From positions 13,212-77,211 of the forward strand of contig JBBRTE010000016.1 of NCBI GenBank assembly GCA_038244715.1: a stretch of 64,000 nt of DNA. Reading direction: 5' to 3'. The notes under the pieces are model-generated. The model was not told the origin of the DNA. It saw nothing but the letters and a program-made list of their open reading frames with translations, and searched no databases. Position numbers and translations under genes: made by a program. The stretch comes from Thermoanaerobaculia bacterium (GTDB taxonomy: Bacteria; Acidobacteriota; Thermoanaerobaculia; Gp7-AA8). Positions 47,333 to 58,518 of the stretch are shown piece by piece (position 1 is the stretch's first letter; every line of letters starts with the position of its first letter).

Positions 47333-49729
47333 TTAGACGAAGCCAACGCGGCGCATCAGCTCGAGGAAGCGCGGATCGTTGCGGTACGCGTCGAATTTCG
47401 GCTCGGTCTTGAGCGCAACCAGGAACCCGGAACGGTCTGAAAAGGCCCTGTCGAGTGAGGCAAACATCGCATCGCGGTCGTCGAGACCGAGGTGAACGAT
47501 CGCCAGGAGGAAGGGATCGACGTACGCGTGCTTCGAGAGCTCCTGTAACCGGACGATGATCGCCTCGGCCGCCTTCCGATCCCCCTGTTTGGCATAGTCC
47601 CATCCGAGTTCCGAGAGCAACAGCGCAGACTCCGCGCCTTCCACTCGCGGAGCCTTCCCGATTGCGGAGATCGCTTCGGCATACTGTTTCTTCTGCCCGT
47701 AGGCGCGTCCAAGTCCCCAGAACGCAACCGGGTTTCGGGGCTCGATCTCGATGGCGTCCGCAGATTCGCGCACGGCGGCGTCGTAGCGGCGTGCGTAGTA
47801 GGAATTGCAGGCCAGTTCGGTGTGCAGCGCTGGAGAGAGAGGATCAGAAACGAGTGCCCGCCGGATCTCGCGCTCGGCGTCACTGCTCCTTCCGGTGCTT
47901 TCGAGAAGATGCGACGTGCAGGAGAACGTCTCGATCGCGGCAGGCTTGAGTCCGGCCCCTGACGTCATCTCACGCTGCGCGGCCGCCCAGTCCCAGTCGT
48001 AGATGAGATTCACGAGCCCGAGGTCGATATGGGCATCGGGAAGTGCCGGATCGAGCTGAAGGGCGGTCATGGCGAACGTCTTCGCCAGTGGCATGGTCTC
48101 CTTCGGCGCTTCGAAATAGAGACCCAGCTCGAGATAGGCCTGGGAGAGATCGGCGTACGCAACCGCGTACCGTGGATCGAGGGCCACCGCCTTCCGGTAG
48201 CACTCGATGGCCTGGTGCAACGCATCGGGATAGCCGCGGGCGGCCAGGAATCGTCCCTTCAGGCGAAGACGATAGGCCTCGGGACTCGCGGTCTGCGGCT
48301 TCAGCAACTGCTGCTGATCGCGAGGACTGAGGCGGATGCGGAGATTTTCGACGACGTCCTGACTGATATTCGACTGCATGCTGACGAGCTCGGACGCCGC
48401 CTGTTCGTAGCGGCGCGCGAAGATCACGGTCCCGTCGTCGCCGTCGATCAGCTCAACATTCGTCACGTACCGGTTGCCGGCCTGCACGACCGCGCCCGTG
48501 AGCACGGCTCCGACGCCGAGTTTCCTGGCCACGCTCTGCACGTCGAACGGCTTCCCTTTGAACTGGAAGACCGAGTTGCGCGACATCACCTTCAGATTCG
48601 GAATCGCGGAGAGCCCGCTGATGAGGTTGTCTACGAGGCCGTCGGAGAGGTAGTCGTTTTCTCCATCTCCGCTGTGATTGGAGAACGGCAACACCGCCAG
48701 GGTCCGAATCGTTTTCGACGTGGACGGCGCCTGGGAGCGATGGATCGTAAGGTACGCGGCCGCCCCGCCGAGCAGCACCAGCAGGACCGCGCCGGCCAAC
48801 ATCCATTGCCTGCCGCCACGACGGATCCCGGCGGGAGCCATCGTCACCGTCGCCCCCGAAGAGACGGACGGTGGCGAGAGTCCCGTAGCGAGCGATCGCC
48901 GAACGTCTTCAAGATCGACCCTCAGCTCGCGGGCGTACTGGTACCTGCGATCACGATCCTTCTCCAGGCACTTCCGCGCGATGCGATCGAGCTCGACGGG
49001 CGCTTCGTGGTTGTATCGGGCAATGCCCTCCGGTGGCGCATGGACGATGTTGTCCAGCAGTGCCGTGGCCGTCGAACCGGAGAACGGCCTGCGTGCGGTC
49101 AGCATCTCGTAGAGGACGACGCCGAAGGAGAAGATGTCGCTGCGGGTATCGACGTCCTTTCCGAGAGCCTGCTCCGGACTCATATACGGCAGCGTTCCCA
49201 GGACGGTGCCCGTTCGGGTCTGCGGCTCCGTGGCGTGGTCCGGGTCGATGGAGGGCGGCGCCGCGATCTTGGCCAGACCGAAGTCGAGGATCTTCACGTG
49301 TCCGCGGGCGTCGAGCATGATGTTCGACGGCTTGATGTCGCGATGCACGATGCCCTTTTCGTGCGCGGCGCTCAGGGCGTCCGCGATCTCGACGCCGATT
49401 CCGACGATCGCGGCCAGGTCGAGGGTTCCCTTCGCGATCTCGTCCGAGAGCGTGCGTCCCTCCACGTACTCCATCACGATGAAGCTGGTGTCGCCGTCCG
49501 TCCCCAATTCGTAGATGTGGCCGACGTGCGGATTGCTCAGCGATGCTGCGGCGCGTGCTTCCTGACGGAAACGGCGCATCCTCTGCTCGTCACCTGCGAG
49601 CGCGGGAGGCAGGATCTTGATCGCGACCCTGCGGCCGAGGTGCGTGTCTTCAGCTAGGTAGACCTCACCCATTCCGCCGGAGCCAAGCAGATGCAGCAGC
49701 CGGTAGTGAGAGATGGCCTGTTCAGTCAT
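47333..49729 (-). CDS. serine/threonine protein kinase with transmembrane segment and C-terminal TPR repeats
   Basis: GSGGMGEVY glycine loop, [13 protein letters not shown] catalytic loop, DFG, then TM helix and TPR-like repeats. Confidence 0.85.
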   Translation of the reverse strand: MTEQAISHYRLLHLLGSGGMGEVYLAEDTHLGRRVAIKILPPALAGDEQRMRRFRQEARAAASLSNPHVGHIYELGTDGDTSFIVMEYVEGRTLSDEIAKGTLDLAAIVGIGVEIADALSAAHEKGIVHRDIKPSNIMLDARGHVKILDFGLAKIAAPPSIDPDHATEPQTRTGTVLGTLPYMSPEQALGKDVDTRSDIFSFGVVLYEMLTARRPFSGSTATALLDNIVHAPPEGIARYNHEAPVELDRIARKCLEKDRDRRYQYARELRVDLEDVRRSLATGLSPPSVSSGATVTMAPAGIRRGGRQWMLAGAVLLVLLGGAAAYLTIHRSQAPSTSKTIRTLAVLPFSNHSGDGENDYLSDGLVDNLISGLSAIPNLKVMSRNSVFQFKGKPFDVQSVARKLGVGAVLTGAVVQAGNRYVTNVELIDGDDGTVIFARRYEQAASELVSMQSNISQDVVENLRIRLSPRDQQQLLKPQTASPEAYRLRLKGRFLAARGYPDALHQAIECYRKAVALDPRYAVAYADLSQAYLELGLYFEAPKETMPLAKTFAMTALQLDPALPDAHIDLGLVNLIYDWDWAAAQREMTSGAGLKPAAIETFSCTSHLLESTGRSSDAEREIRRALVSDPLSPALHTELACNSYYARRYDAAVRESADAIEIEPRNPVAFWGLGRAYGQKKQYAEAISAIGKAPRVEGAESALLLSELGWDYAKQGDRKAAEAIIVRLQELSKHAYVDPFLLAIVHLGLDDRDAMFASLDRAFSDRSGFLVALKTEPKFDAYRNDPRFLELMRRVGFV

Positions 49730-49863
49730 GAATCAAGTGAGACTGACCATACGCCGGAGGCGCGGAGCAGGCAAGATGCGGTCATCGACCCGGAGTCGGT
49801 TGGACTCGCCAGTCCGACGATCTCACGACCTGGAGGCCGGACGGAGAGTCCGGCCTCGGTCCT

Positions 49864-50565
49864 TCAGGCTGCCGGGCGTGCCGCATCGACGATGCGTCCG
49901 TCACGGATGTGGATCGCGCGCTGCGCTTCCCGGGCGACGTCATCCTCATGCGTGACCATGATGATCGAGTTGCCGCGCGACGACAGCTCCCGGAAGAGGT
50001 CGAGAATCTCACGGCCGGTCTGCGAGTCGAGGTTTCCCGTCGGCTCGTCGGCGAGGAGCAGCGACGGCTTGTTGACGAGGGCCCGGGCGATGGCCACGCG
50101 CTGACGCTGACCACCGGAGAGCTCGTTCGGCTGGTGATTCATCCGATCGCCCAGTCCGACTGCCGTCAGCGCTTCCTCGGCCATGATCCGCCGCTCGGCG
50201 CGATTGATCTTGGCGTAGACCAGTGGCAGCTCGACGTTCTGCAGAGCGGTCGTACGGGAGAGCAGGTTGAACGTCTGGAACACGAATCCGATCTTCTTGT
50301 TGCGCACCGCGGCCAGCTCGTCGTCGTTCATCGATTCGACCGGTACGCCGTCGAGGATGTACTGCCCCGCCGTGGGGCGATCGAGGCAGCCGATGATGTT
50401 CATCAGCGTCGACTTGCCGGAGCCGGATGGTCCCATGATGGCGACGTATTCGCCGTTTTCGATCACGAGGTCCACGCCGCGGAGCGCGAAGATGTCCTGC
50501 GGTCCGAGTTGATAGGTGCGCGTCAGACCGCGCATTTCGATCAGGTGTTTGCCGTTCTCACTCAC
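49864..50565 (-). CDS. ABC transporter ATP-binding protein (MacB/LolD-type)
   Basis: Walker [10 protein letters not shown], signature LSGGQRQR, Walker B LLLADEPT. Confidence 0.9.
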   Translation of the reverse strand: MSENGKHLIEMRGLTRTYQLGPQDIFALRGVDLVIENGEYVAIMGPSGSGKSTLMNIIGCLDRPTAGQYILDGVPVESMNDDELAAVRNKKIGFVFQTFNLLSRTTALQNVELPLVYAKINRAERRIMAEEALTAVGLGDRMNHQPNELSGGQRQRVAIARALVNKPSLLLADEPTGNLDSQTGREILDLFRELSSRGNSIIMVTHEDDVAREAQRAIHIRDGRIVDAARPAA

Positions 50566-51806
50566 TTTGAGGCCGTCCCGTTTTGAGGAGTAGTTGACTC
50601 TTCTTTCGTCACTTCTACGGAATCACCGTCTTTCAGTTTCTTCAGCGTGCGGAATGGTCCGGTGACGATCTGATCCTTCGCCGTCAGCCCCGAGGTAATC
50701 ACGACATGCGTGGTGTTGCTGACGCCGGTCGTGACCCGGGTCAGTTTTGCTTTGCCTTCCGCCACGACGAAAACGTACTTCAGCTTCGGTGCCTTCTCGT
50801 CCTCGTCTTCGGTGCCTGTCTTCGACTTCGCCAGCGACGGCGGGACGCGCTCGACGACGCTCTGAATCGGCACCGAGATGGCGCTCCCGGCGCTGGTTGT
50901 GACGATCGAGACCTGAGCGCTCATGCCAGGACGGAGGCGATCGTCGGGATTGTCGATCTGGACCTTGACCTTGAAGTAGCGCATGCCAGCCCCGGCGCCC
51001 TGTTTGAGGGCAGCGGAACTGCCGATTTCCGCGACATGTCCGGAGTACTCCTTCTCCGGGATGGCGTCGACGTGAACCTTCGCCGGCTCGTTCAACCGGA
51101 TCCCGGTGATCTCGGTCTCGCCGACATCCGCCTCGACGAGGATCTCGGAAAGGTCGGCGATGACGGCGATGACGGATCCGGGATTGTTCATCGTTCCGGT
51201 GATGACCACTTCGCCTTCATGGGCGTTGAGCTGCACCGCCTTGCCGGTGATGGGCGAAAGGATGGTCGTGTGATCCAGATCCGTCTGCGCCTGCTGCAAC
51301 AGCGCCTCGGCCTGATTTACACCCTGCCTCGAGGAGTCGTAACCGGCGACGGCATTGTCGTGACTCTGCCGGGCCTGGTCGAAAAGCTCCTGCGCCTGAA
51401 TGCCCTGCTTCTGCATGTTCTGCGCACGTTTGTACGCGGTCTCGGTCGTGGCCATAGCGGTCTTTGCGCGCACCACTTCGATCCGGCTGTTGGAGACCGC
51501 TGCCACCGCGCGGGCATGCGCAGCCTGATAGGCCGTCTTCTCCAGATCGACCAGTCGCTGTCCCTTGCGGACACTGTCTCCTTCGAGGAAGTAGATCTTC
51601 TCGATCTTCCCGACGATGTGCGCGCTGATGTTGACTTTGACCCTGGGATTGATCTCGCCGGGAGCGGTGACGATGGCCTGGATGTTCCGGGCCGTCGCCG
51701 GCTCGATGTAGACCTTCTCCCCTTTCGAGCCTCCGCCACGAACGCTGGCGAAGATGATCGCGCCGACGAGAACCAGCGCGCCGATGATGATCAGAGTGCG
51801 CTTCAT
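50562..51806 (-). CDS. efflux transporter periplasmic adaptor (MacA/HlyD family)
   Basis: N-terminal TM anchor, coiled-coil, lipoyl/beta-barrel domains. ATGA coupling to the ATPase. Confidence 0.85.
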   Translation of the reverse strand: MKRTLIIIGALVLVGAIIFASVRGGGSKGEKVYIEPATARNIQAIVTAPGEINPRVKVNISAHIVGKIEKIYFLEGDSVRKGQRLVDLEKTAYQAAHARAVAAVSNSRIEVVRAKTAMATTETAYKRAQNMQKQGIQAQELFDQARQSHDNAVAGYDSSRQGVNQAEALLQQAQTDLDHTTILSPITGKAVQLNAHEGEVVITGTMNNPGSVIAVIADLSEILVEADVGETEITGIRLNEPAKVHVDAIPEKEYSGHVAEIGSSAALKQGAGAGMRYFKVKVQIDNPDDRLRPGMSAQVSIVTTSAGSAISVPIQSVVERVPPSLAKSKTGTEDEDEKAPKLKYVFVVAEGKAKLTRVTTGVSNTTHVVITSGLTAKDQIVTGPFRTLKKLKDGDSVEVTKEESTTPQNGTASK

Positions 51807-52570
51807 TTATTGGCACGCAGCGACTGCAGAGCTGGTCCGATCAGCTTCAGGCACGTCGCGAGGAGCCAGAGACCGATGATGATCATCGCCGACTTCGCCT
51901 TCGACAGTCGCGAAACATACGCGAATCCGATGATGAGAAGTGCGAGGTACCAGATCGTGAAGAGATCGAGCGATGAGAGGAGCGCGAACGCCATCGGATT
52001 CGTTTTGTAATCCACGAGGAAGCCGGGGTTCGAACGGACGATGGTAGCCAGCGCCTGGGCGGGAACCATTCCGCCGCGCGCCACGATGATGATGACGGTC
52101 ACGATGCTCTTGATGATGCTCGGCATCGATGCATAACAGGTCACCGCGAACGCCTGCTTGAAGTCTCCCTCGCCACCGAAGAGGCGAAAAACCACGAGCA
52201 GGATGCCCGCGATGATCAGCAGAAAGATCGTGCCGATGACCGGTGAGATGTACGAGAAGACCTTGCCGAAGGTGTTCGTCATTTTCACCGCTTTGTCGAT
52301 CTGCTCCGCCGAGACGTTCTTGTTCTGCTCCATCGCTTCGCGCGTCGCGGAACCGAAGTCGACATGCTGGGCGATGACGAACCCGGCGCCGAGCGAGGTG
52401 ATCAGGATGAGAACGAGCGGCAGCACCCAGTCCGGCCTCCGGGCGATCGATGCAAAGGTCTGATTCGGCGAGAAGAGAACGCCGATCACCCGCTGCAGCG
52501 AATTGGGCGGCGGACCGGCGTCGATCACCGGTGGGGGCGTACCACGTGCGTCATCCTGACCTGTCGTCAT
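51803..52570 (-). CDS. Yip1 domain membrane protein
   Basis: 5-TM small membrane protein between the TolC-like and adaptor genes. Confidence 0.5.
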   Translation of the reverse strand: MTTGQDDARGTPPPVIDAGPPPNSLQRVIGVLFSPNQTFASIARRPDWVLPLVLILITSLGAGFVIAQHVDFGSATREAMEQNKNVSAEQIDKAVKMTNTFGKVFSYISPVIGTIFLLIIAGILLVVFRLFGGEGDFKQAFAVTCYASMPSIIKSIVTVIIIVARGGMVPAQALATIVRSNPGFLVDYKTNPMAFALLSSLDLFTIWYLALLIIGFAYVSRLSKAKSAMIIIGLWLLATCLKLIGPALQSLRANK

Positions 52571-52573
52571 GGC

Positions 52574-54316
52574 TCATTTCTCCTCAGGCGTGTTGTCGTG
52601 GGATGAAAAGTTGAGCCAATTGTAGCGGTTGAAGTTCGAGAAAATCGAAGGTTCCTGAACGGGCGGTTCATCGACCGAGATGTTGCGCGTGTCGAGAAGG
52701 TCGCCGACGGCGTGGTGATAGGCCGCGATCGCCTTGTTGTACCCGACCAGGGCCTGCAGTTCGCGGGCACGGGCATCCGAAAGCTGCTGCTGGACCTGCA
52801 GCACCTGGAAGTTGGTCGTCATGCCGTTCTCGTAGCGCTTCCGCTCGGCGTTGACGTTCTCTTCCGCGGCTTCGCGCGCCGTCCGGGTGGCAGCGATGTC
52901 CTTGGCCGACGTGTCGATGGCGCGCGCGGCCGTGCGCACGTCCACCGAGATGTTCTGGCGCGTCTGCGCCTCGATGCTCTGGGAGGCCTGCAGGTCGAGG
53001 CGCGCCCGGTTCTTCTCCGCGCGTGCGGCATAGTTGAAGATCGGCACGCCGATCGTTACGCCCACGTTCCAACCGGGGAAGTCGTTGCGGAAAACCTGCT
53101 GCACGGCGGAGTTGAAATTGGTCGAGGCGAGACCCGAAGCGGGATTGATGACGGTGCCCGCGGCGCCGGCAACGTTGTATCCAAGGTTCAGGTCGAACTG
53201 CGGCAGGACCTGATTGCGGGCGTAGTTGTAGGTGACGCGGCGAGTGGCCGTTGAAAGCGCGTTTTCCTTGATCTCGGGCCGGAGCTCATACGCGCGGGCC
53301 ACCGACTCCTCGACGTTGACATTCATCGGCGCATAGCCGATCGAATCGGTCGGGATGATGGGACGGTCCCAATCTTCCGGCGCCACGTTCAGCAGCGCGC
53401 GCAAACGATCCTCGGCAGCGCGGACACTGGCCACTGCGTTGATGAGGTTCTCTTCGCTCGTCGCGATCTGCACGCGCGGCTGGAGGATGTCCAGCGGCGC
53501 GGAGGCGCCCACGTCGATGCGGATCTGGGTGATGCGCGACTGGTCGCGGGAGAGGAAGAGTGCTTCCTTCACGACGTCGATGAAGCGTCGTGTGTAGATG
53601 AGATCGTAGTAGGCCTGCTCGACCGCCGACGTGCTGTCGAGGAGCAGTCCGCGGAAAGCCTCGCGGCCGATACCGAGGTTGTTGCGTGCGATGGTGATCC
53701 CGCGCCGTGTGACGTCGACGCCGAAGTTGCGGGCCAGCGGCTGCGTGAACCCGAGACCGAGACCGGTCGAGAAACCCGGGCTGATCGTCGTGCCGGCGCC
53801 GCTCCGGGTGAAGCGCTGATTGTTGGTCGAGATCGAGAAGAGGCCACCGGTCGGGATTGTGTCGCGGAGAAAGGCGTTTGCGTTCGTGGTCCCGCCTCCG
53901 CTGGCATCAAATGCGGAGAGCGCCGGACTCTGGTTGCTCGTACGGCTGAGCGTCGCGCCAGCCAGCGGATCGAAGATGCCGTAAGCGCCCATCACCTGCT
54001 CGCCCGACATCTGCAGGTCGTAGCGCTGAATCTGCAGGCCGATGTTCTTCTGCAGCATGGTGTGGATGGCGTCGTCGAGCGACAGACGCATGGCCCGCGG
54101 ATTGTTCGCGTCCTTGTCCGTATCCGCCGTCACGGAAACCGTCAGGGTACGGTCGGTGTTGGAAGTGTCGACGTTCTCCTGCGCCGGATCCGTGGTCACG
54201 GTGGCCGGCTGCGGCGCGGAAGTCTTCGTCGTAGTCTTTTTCGTCGTCTGCGCCGAAAGCGACACGGCGCTCGTCACGCAGGCAATGATCAGCAACCGTC
54301 GAACAGCGGTATTCAT
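52574..54316 (-). CDS. TolC family outer membrane protein
   Basis: Signal peptide MNTAVRRLLIIACVTSAVSLSA. Duplicated TolC repeats, terminal coiled-coil regions. Confidence 0.8.
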   Translation of the reverse strand: MNTAVRRLLIIACVTSAVSLSAQTTKKTTTKTSAPQPATVTTDPAQENVDTSNTDRTLTVSVTADTDKDANNPRAMRLSLDDAIHTMLQKNIGLQIQRYDLQMSGEQVMGAYGIFDPLAGATLSRTSNQSPALSAFDASGGGTTNANAFLRDTIPTGGLFSISTNNQRFTRSGAGTTISPGFSTGLGLGFTQPLARNFGVDVTRRGITIARNNLGIGREAFRGLLLDSTSAVEQAYYDLIYTRRFIDVVKEALFLSRDQSRITQIRIDVGASAPLDILQPRVQIATSEENLINAVASVRAAEDRLRALLNVAPEDWDRPIIPTDSIGYAPMNVNVEESVARAYELRPEIKENALSTATRRVTYNYARNQVLPQFDLNLGYNVAGAAGTVINPASGLASTNFNSAVQQVFRNDFPGWNVGVTIGVPIFNYAARAEKNRARLDLQASQSIEAQTRQNISVDVRTAARAIDTSAKDIAATRTAREAAEENVNAERKRYENGMTTNFQVLQVQQQLSDARARELQALVGYNKAIAAYHHAVGDLLDTRNISVDEPPVQEPSIFSNFNRYNWLNFSSHDNTPEEK

Positions 54317-54466
54317 GTAAACCCTCCTGGACACGCCTCTTCTACGCAACACCATCTTGATTGTTTCGGGCGCGCGTCACTCCACAGCGACGCCCGAAAG
54401 GACGCGATTTGGCGCGCATTGTAGTCTGCACACCCTACGTTTGACGCCGGGAAACGTCGAATGTCG

Positions 54467-55516
54467 CTACGACGGCGTCGCCGATGGCACCGGCGCCCCG
54501 GCGAAGTGACACGCGGCGAACTGACCCGGCTTGTGCTCGATGAGCGGAGGGACGACCTCCCCGCAGATCGGGAACTGCGCGATCGGACAACGCGTATGGA
54601 ACACGCAGCCACTCGGAGGATTGAGCGGCGTGGGGATATCACCGTGAAGAATGATCCGGCTCTTGTGCCTGGTGGGATCCGGAATCGGGACGGCCGAGAG
54701 CAGCGCTTTCGTGTACGGATGCAACGGGTCGGCGTAGAGCTCGCGGCGCCCCGCCAGCTCCATGATCTTGCCGAGGTACATCACGGCCACACGGGTTGAG
54801 ATGTGCTCGACGACCGACAGATCGTGCGCGATGAAGAGATACGTCAGCCCAAGTTGTTCCTGGAGATCCTGCAGCAGATTGACGACCTGCGCCTGCACGG
54901 AGACGTCGAGCGCGGAGACCGGCTCGTCCAGCACGAGGAACTTCGGATTCGTCGCCAGGGCGCGCGCCACCCCGATGCGCTGCCGCTGCCCGCCGGAGAA
55001 CTCGTGCGGATAGCGCTTGCGATAGTCGGGGCTCAGCCCGACCGTCTCGAGCAACTGCGCGACGCGTGCGTCGCGATCGCTCGATGACAGCCGAGCATGA
55101 ATGATCAGCGGCTCCGCGATGATCGTGCCCACCGTCATCCGCGGGTTGAGCGACGCATAGGGGTCCTGAAAGACGATCTGCATGTGCCGCCGCATCCGGC
55201 GCATGTCGCCGGAGTCGAGTGTGAGGACGTCGTCGCCTTCAAAGACGACACTTCCGGACGTGGGCTCGATCAACCGGAGGATGCAGCGTCCGACCGTGGT
55301 CTTGCCGGAACCCGACTCGCCGACGAGACCGAGCGTCTCTCCGCGGCCGATGTCGAAACTGACGCCGTCGACCGCCTTGACCTGTGCCACAACGCGCGCG
55401 AGCACGCCGCGCTTGACCGGAAAATGCTTGGTGAGGTCGCGAACCTCCAGGAGCGGCTCGCCTGTTCCCAGCGGGAGCGCGGGCGGCTGCAGAGTCGCGA
55501 CGGGATCGATGGTCAC
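54467..55516 (-). CDS. oligopeptide/dipeptide ABC transporter ATP-binding protein (OppF/DppF-like), GTG start
   Basis: Walker [18 protein letters not shown], and C-terminal CxxC region [13 protein letters not shown] characteristic of Opp/Dpp ATPases. Confidence 0.85.
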   Translation of the reverse strand: MTIDPVATLQPPALPLGTGEPLLEVRDLTKHFPVKRGVLARVVAQVKAVDGVSFDIGRGETLGLVGESGSGKTTVGRCILRLIEPTSGSVVFEGDDVLTLDSGDMRRMRRHMQIVFQDPYASLNPRMTVGTIIAEPLIIHARLSSSDRDARVAQLLETVGLSPDYRKRYPHEFSGGQRQRIGVARALATNPKFLVLDEPVSALDVSVQAQVVNLLQDLQEQLGLTYLFIAHDLSVVEHISTRVAVMYLGKIMELAGRRELYADPLHPYTKALLSAVPIPDPTRHKSRIILHGDIPTPLNPPSGCVFHTRCPIAQFPICGEVVPPLIEHKPGQFAACHFAGAPVPSATPS

Positions 55517-55540
55517 GACCGGGCTTCTCCGTTTGAAACC

Positions 55541-55652
55541 GAATGTTGAATGTTCAAGCTTAAATGTTCAATGTTGAATGAGGTGTGCTTCACGACCAGA
55601 TCTCGTACCCATTCAGCATCCAACATCCAACATTGAACATTCAACATTTTCA
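55541..55652. repeat. AT-rich heptad-repeat palindrome (ATGTTGA/ATGTTCA units in inverted arms) between oppD-like and oppF-like genes
   Basis: Left arm GAATGTTGAATGTTCAAGCTTAAATGTTCAATGTTGAATGAGG; right arm CATTCAGCATCCAACATCCAACATTGAACATTCAACATTTTCA; ~30-bp spacer. Locally about 35% GC in a high-GC genome. Confidence 0.7.
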
Positions 55653-56683
55653 ATTCTCTCCAACCCGCTCCGGATCGGCCTGATCTCCGTGCAGATAGCA
55701 CCGCGCGTCGTGGCCCGGCGCGACGATCATCCGGGCCGGCTCGTTGCCGAGGCAGATGTCCATGACGTCGGGGCAGCGGGGGTTGAACTTGCAGCCGCGC
55801 GGCAGGTTCGTGATCGGCGGCACCATTCCCTTGATCGTCGGCAGACGGTGCGGCGCGGAAGGATCGCCACCGCGAACGCTCGGCAGCGACTTGAGCAGAC
55901 CGCGCGTATAGGGATGAGCGGGATTGGCGAACAGGTCGCGCACCGGCGCCTCCTCGACGACGCGGCCCGTGTACATCACCACCACGCGCTCGCAGAACTC
56001 TGCGACGACGCCGAGATCGTGCGTGATGAGCAGGATCGCCAGGCCCAGCCGCTGCTGGAGTGATGCGAGCAACTCCATGATCTGGGCCTGGATGGTCACG
56101 TCGAGCGCCGTGGTCGGCTCGTCGGCGATCAGTAGTTCCGGATCGCACGACAGCGCCATGGCGATCATCACGCGTTGTCGCATGCCGCCCGAAAGCTGGT
56201 GCGGATAGTCGTCGAGGCGCTTGATCGGATCGGGGATCGAGACCAGTTCCAGCATCTCCCCCGCCCGCTTCCACGCCTCCTTCTTCGACACCTTGTTGTG
56301 AATGCGCACGGCCTCGGCCACCTGCGCGCCGATCTTGAAGACGGGATTCAGCGACGTCATCGGCTCCTGGAAGACCATGGCGATGTCGTTGCCACGTACG
56401 GTGCGCATCTCGCGCTCGGAGAGGTCGGCAAGGTTCCGTCCCTTGAAACTGACGACGCCGGAGGTGATGCGACCCGGCGGGGCGACCAGACGCATGATCG
56501 ACATCGCCGTCACACTTTTGCCGCAGCCCGACTCCCCGACCAGCGCCAGCGCTTCCCCTTTGCGGACGTTGAAGGAGACATTGTCGACCGCGTGGACGAG
56601 TCCGTTGGCGGACGGGAATGAGGTGCGGAGGTTCTTCACCTCGAGGATGGCCTCGCGCGGGTCGACCTCGACATCGGCCACGC
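55650..56683 (-). CDS. oligopeptide/dipeptide ABC transporter ATP-binding protein (OppD/DppD-like), GTG start at 56683
   Basis: Walker [19 protein letters not shown]-terminal [17 protein letters not shown] sits 5 nt before the GTG. The longer listed ORF N-terminus is R-rich and lacks an RBS. Confidence 0.8.
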
Positions 56684-56785
56684 GCGCTCCGGGGCTTCCG
56701 AGAGGCTGACCCGTCTGGCCGTTGGCGATCGTCGGATGCTCAGTCACGCGAGTTGGAATCGTAGCAAGAATGGTGTCAGCACGCG

Positions 56786-58450
56786 CTATCGCCGTCGGAA
56801 TCGGAGCAGCGTCGCCCGCGCCTCTGGAACACCAAGCGCGAGGGCCGCACCGAAGTAAGCGACTCCGAATGCGCCGGCTGCGAGCAGGGCTTCGACGATG
56901 TGGCTTAACGGGAGGTGCGGCGTGACAAGAGGCGCCACGTAGTGATCGCACGCGATTCCGGCAACCGCGGCAAGCAGACCCGCGCCCCAGAGCCGCATCA
57001 GGAACGATGGCGCCAGTTTGACGAAGCCGACGCGACGCGCTAACGCACGCCGCAGCATCGCGAACTCAATCCAACCCGCCATCCCCGCCGAGGCGGTGAG
57101 ACCGATCACACCCAGCAGCGAGGTGCCTTCGGGAAGTTGCGGCAGCGGCATGTGAAGAAAGAGGATCAGGTCAATGATGTAGGGACGCAGCGGAAAGGCG
57201 AAGAGGAGTCCGAGCACGGCCGTCAGACTTACGCGCAGGATCGCAAAGCGAAGGGGTGTCTTCGGATCGCGCAGCGCGTAAAACACAGAGGAGTACAGCC
57301 GCCCAAGAGTGACGGCGAGCATGCCGAACGTCGAACCGACGAGGATGTACCAGACATAGAGCGAGTCATCGCTGCGGAACTGGCCCGTCTGATAAAGAGC
57401 GGCAACGAGCACGCGGCCGATGAAGATGAAGGCCATCACCGTCGGCACAACGAAGAAAGCGATCTGGCGCAAACCACGATCGAGCCGCTTGCGCAACGCC
57501 GTATTGATCTCTTCCTCGGTCCCTACCGCACCGGACATCTGCGGCAACTCGGCTGCTGCCACTGACATCCCGAACAGACTGATCGGCAGGAAGTAGATCG
57601 TCTGGGCATACGACAGAGCCGCCACCGCTGCCGTGCCGAGATAACTGGCGATGACCTGGTCGATATAGCCGCTGAGCTGGACGACCCCGCGCCCGATCAC
57701 CACCGGACCGAAGCTGCGAATGACTTCGCGCACGGGCTCGAGCGCGACCTGCAACGAGAGTCGAATCCGTGGCGCGTACTTGAGAACGAACGGGACCTGA
57801 ACTCCGAACTGAAGAGCGGAGCCAACGACCGTTCCCCAGGAAAGAGCGATCGCCAGTCCGCTCTGGGACGAACGACCGCCGAAGAAAACCAGCGAGGCGA
57901 TCATCGCCGCATTCCAGAACACCGGCGCGACGTAGGACAGGAAGAACTTGTGATGGCTGTTCAGGACACCGAGACACCACGCTGACAGGACGAGAAGCCC
58001 GGTGGACGGAAAAAGGATCTGGACAATTCGGATCGTCAGCAAACGAACTTCGCCGTGAAAGCCCGGCGCGATCAGATCGATGATCCACGGAGTGAGGATC
58101 ACGCAGACGACCACGATGAGGCCCACGACGACCGCTAGAAGCGACAGGATCACGCCGGCGAGGCGGCCGGCCAACTCGTCGTCGTCCTTCGCGATCAACT
58201 TGGCGTAGACCGGAATAAACGACGCTGAGAGGACGCCTTCCCCGAAAAGATTCTGCAGAAAGTTCGGGATTTTCAGTCCGGCCTTGTATGCGCCCGCGGC
58301 CGCCGAGTTGCCTAGATAGTGGGCAAAGACACGTTCCCGAACGAGACCGGCCACCCGGCTGAGCAGAATGCCGGAGGCGACAAGAACCGCGAACCCCGCG
58401 GCGCGCGGTTTCGCTTTGATGGGAACTTCCGGTTGAGGATCGGTATTCAT
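56786..58450 (-). CDS. murJ: lipid II flippase MurJ (MviN)
   Basis: 14-TM MOP-family protein with typical N-terminus [19 protein letters not shown] and 554 aa length. Confidence 0.85.
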   Translation of the reverse strand: MNTDPQPEVPIKAKPRAAGFAVLVASGILLSRVAGLVRERVFAHYLGNSAAAGAYKAGLKIPNFLQNLFGEGVLSASFIPVYAKLIAKDDDELAGRLAGVILSLLAVVVGLIVVVCVILTPWIIDLIAPGFHGEVRLLTIRIVQILFPSTGLLVLSAWCLGVLNSHHKFFLSYVAPVFWNAAMIASLVFFGGRSSQSGLAIALSWGTVVGSALQFGVQVPFVLKYAPRIRLSLQVALEPVREVIRSFGPVVIGRGVVQLSGYIDQVIASYLGTAAVAALSYAQTIYFLPISLFGMSVAAAELPQMSGAVGTEEEINTALRKRLDRGLRQIAFFVVPTVMAFIFIGRVLVAALYQTGQFRSDDSLYVWYILVGSTFGMLAVTLGRLYSSVFYALRDPKTPLRFAILRVSLTAVLGLLFAFPLRPYIIDLILFLHMPLPQLPEGTSLLGVIGLTASAGMAGWIEFAMLRRALARRVGFVKLAPSFLMRLWGAGLLAAVAGIACDHYVAPLVTPHLPLSHIVEALLAAGAFGVAYFGAALALGVPEARATLLRFRRR

Positions 58451-58518
58451 CGCTGATGAGGCGCGCGAAGCCTATTGCGGAATTCGCGCCTGAACCGCGC
58501 GGTACCATACCGCGACCC

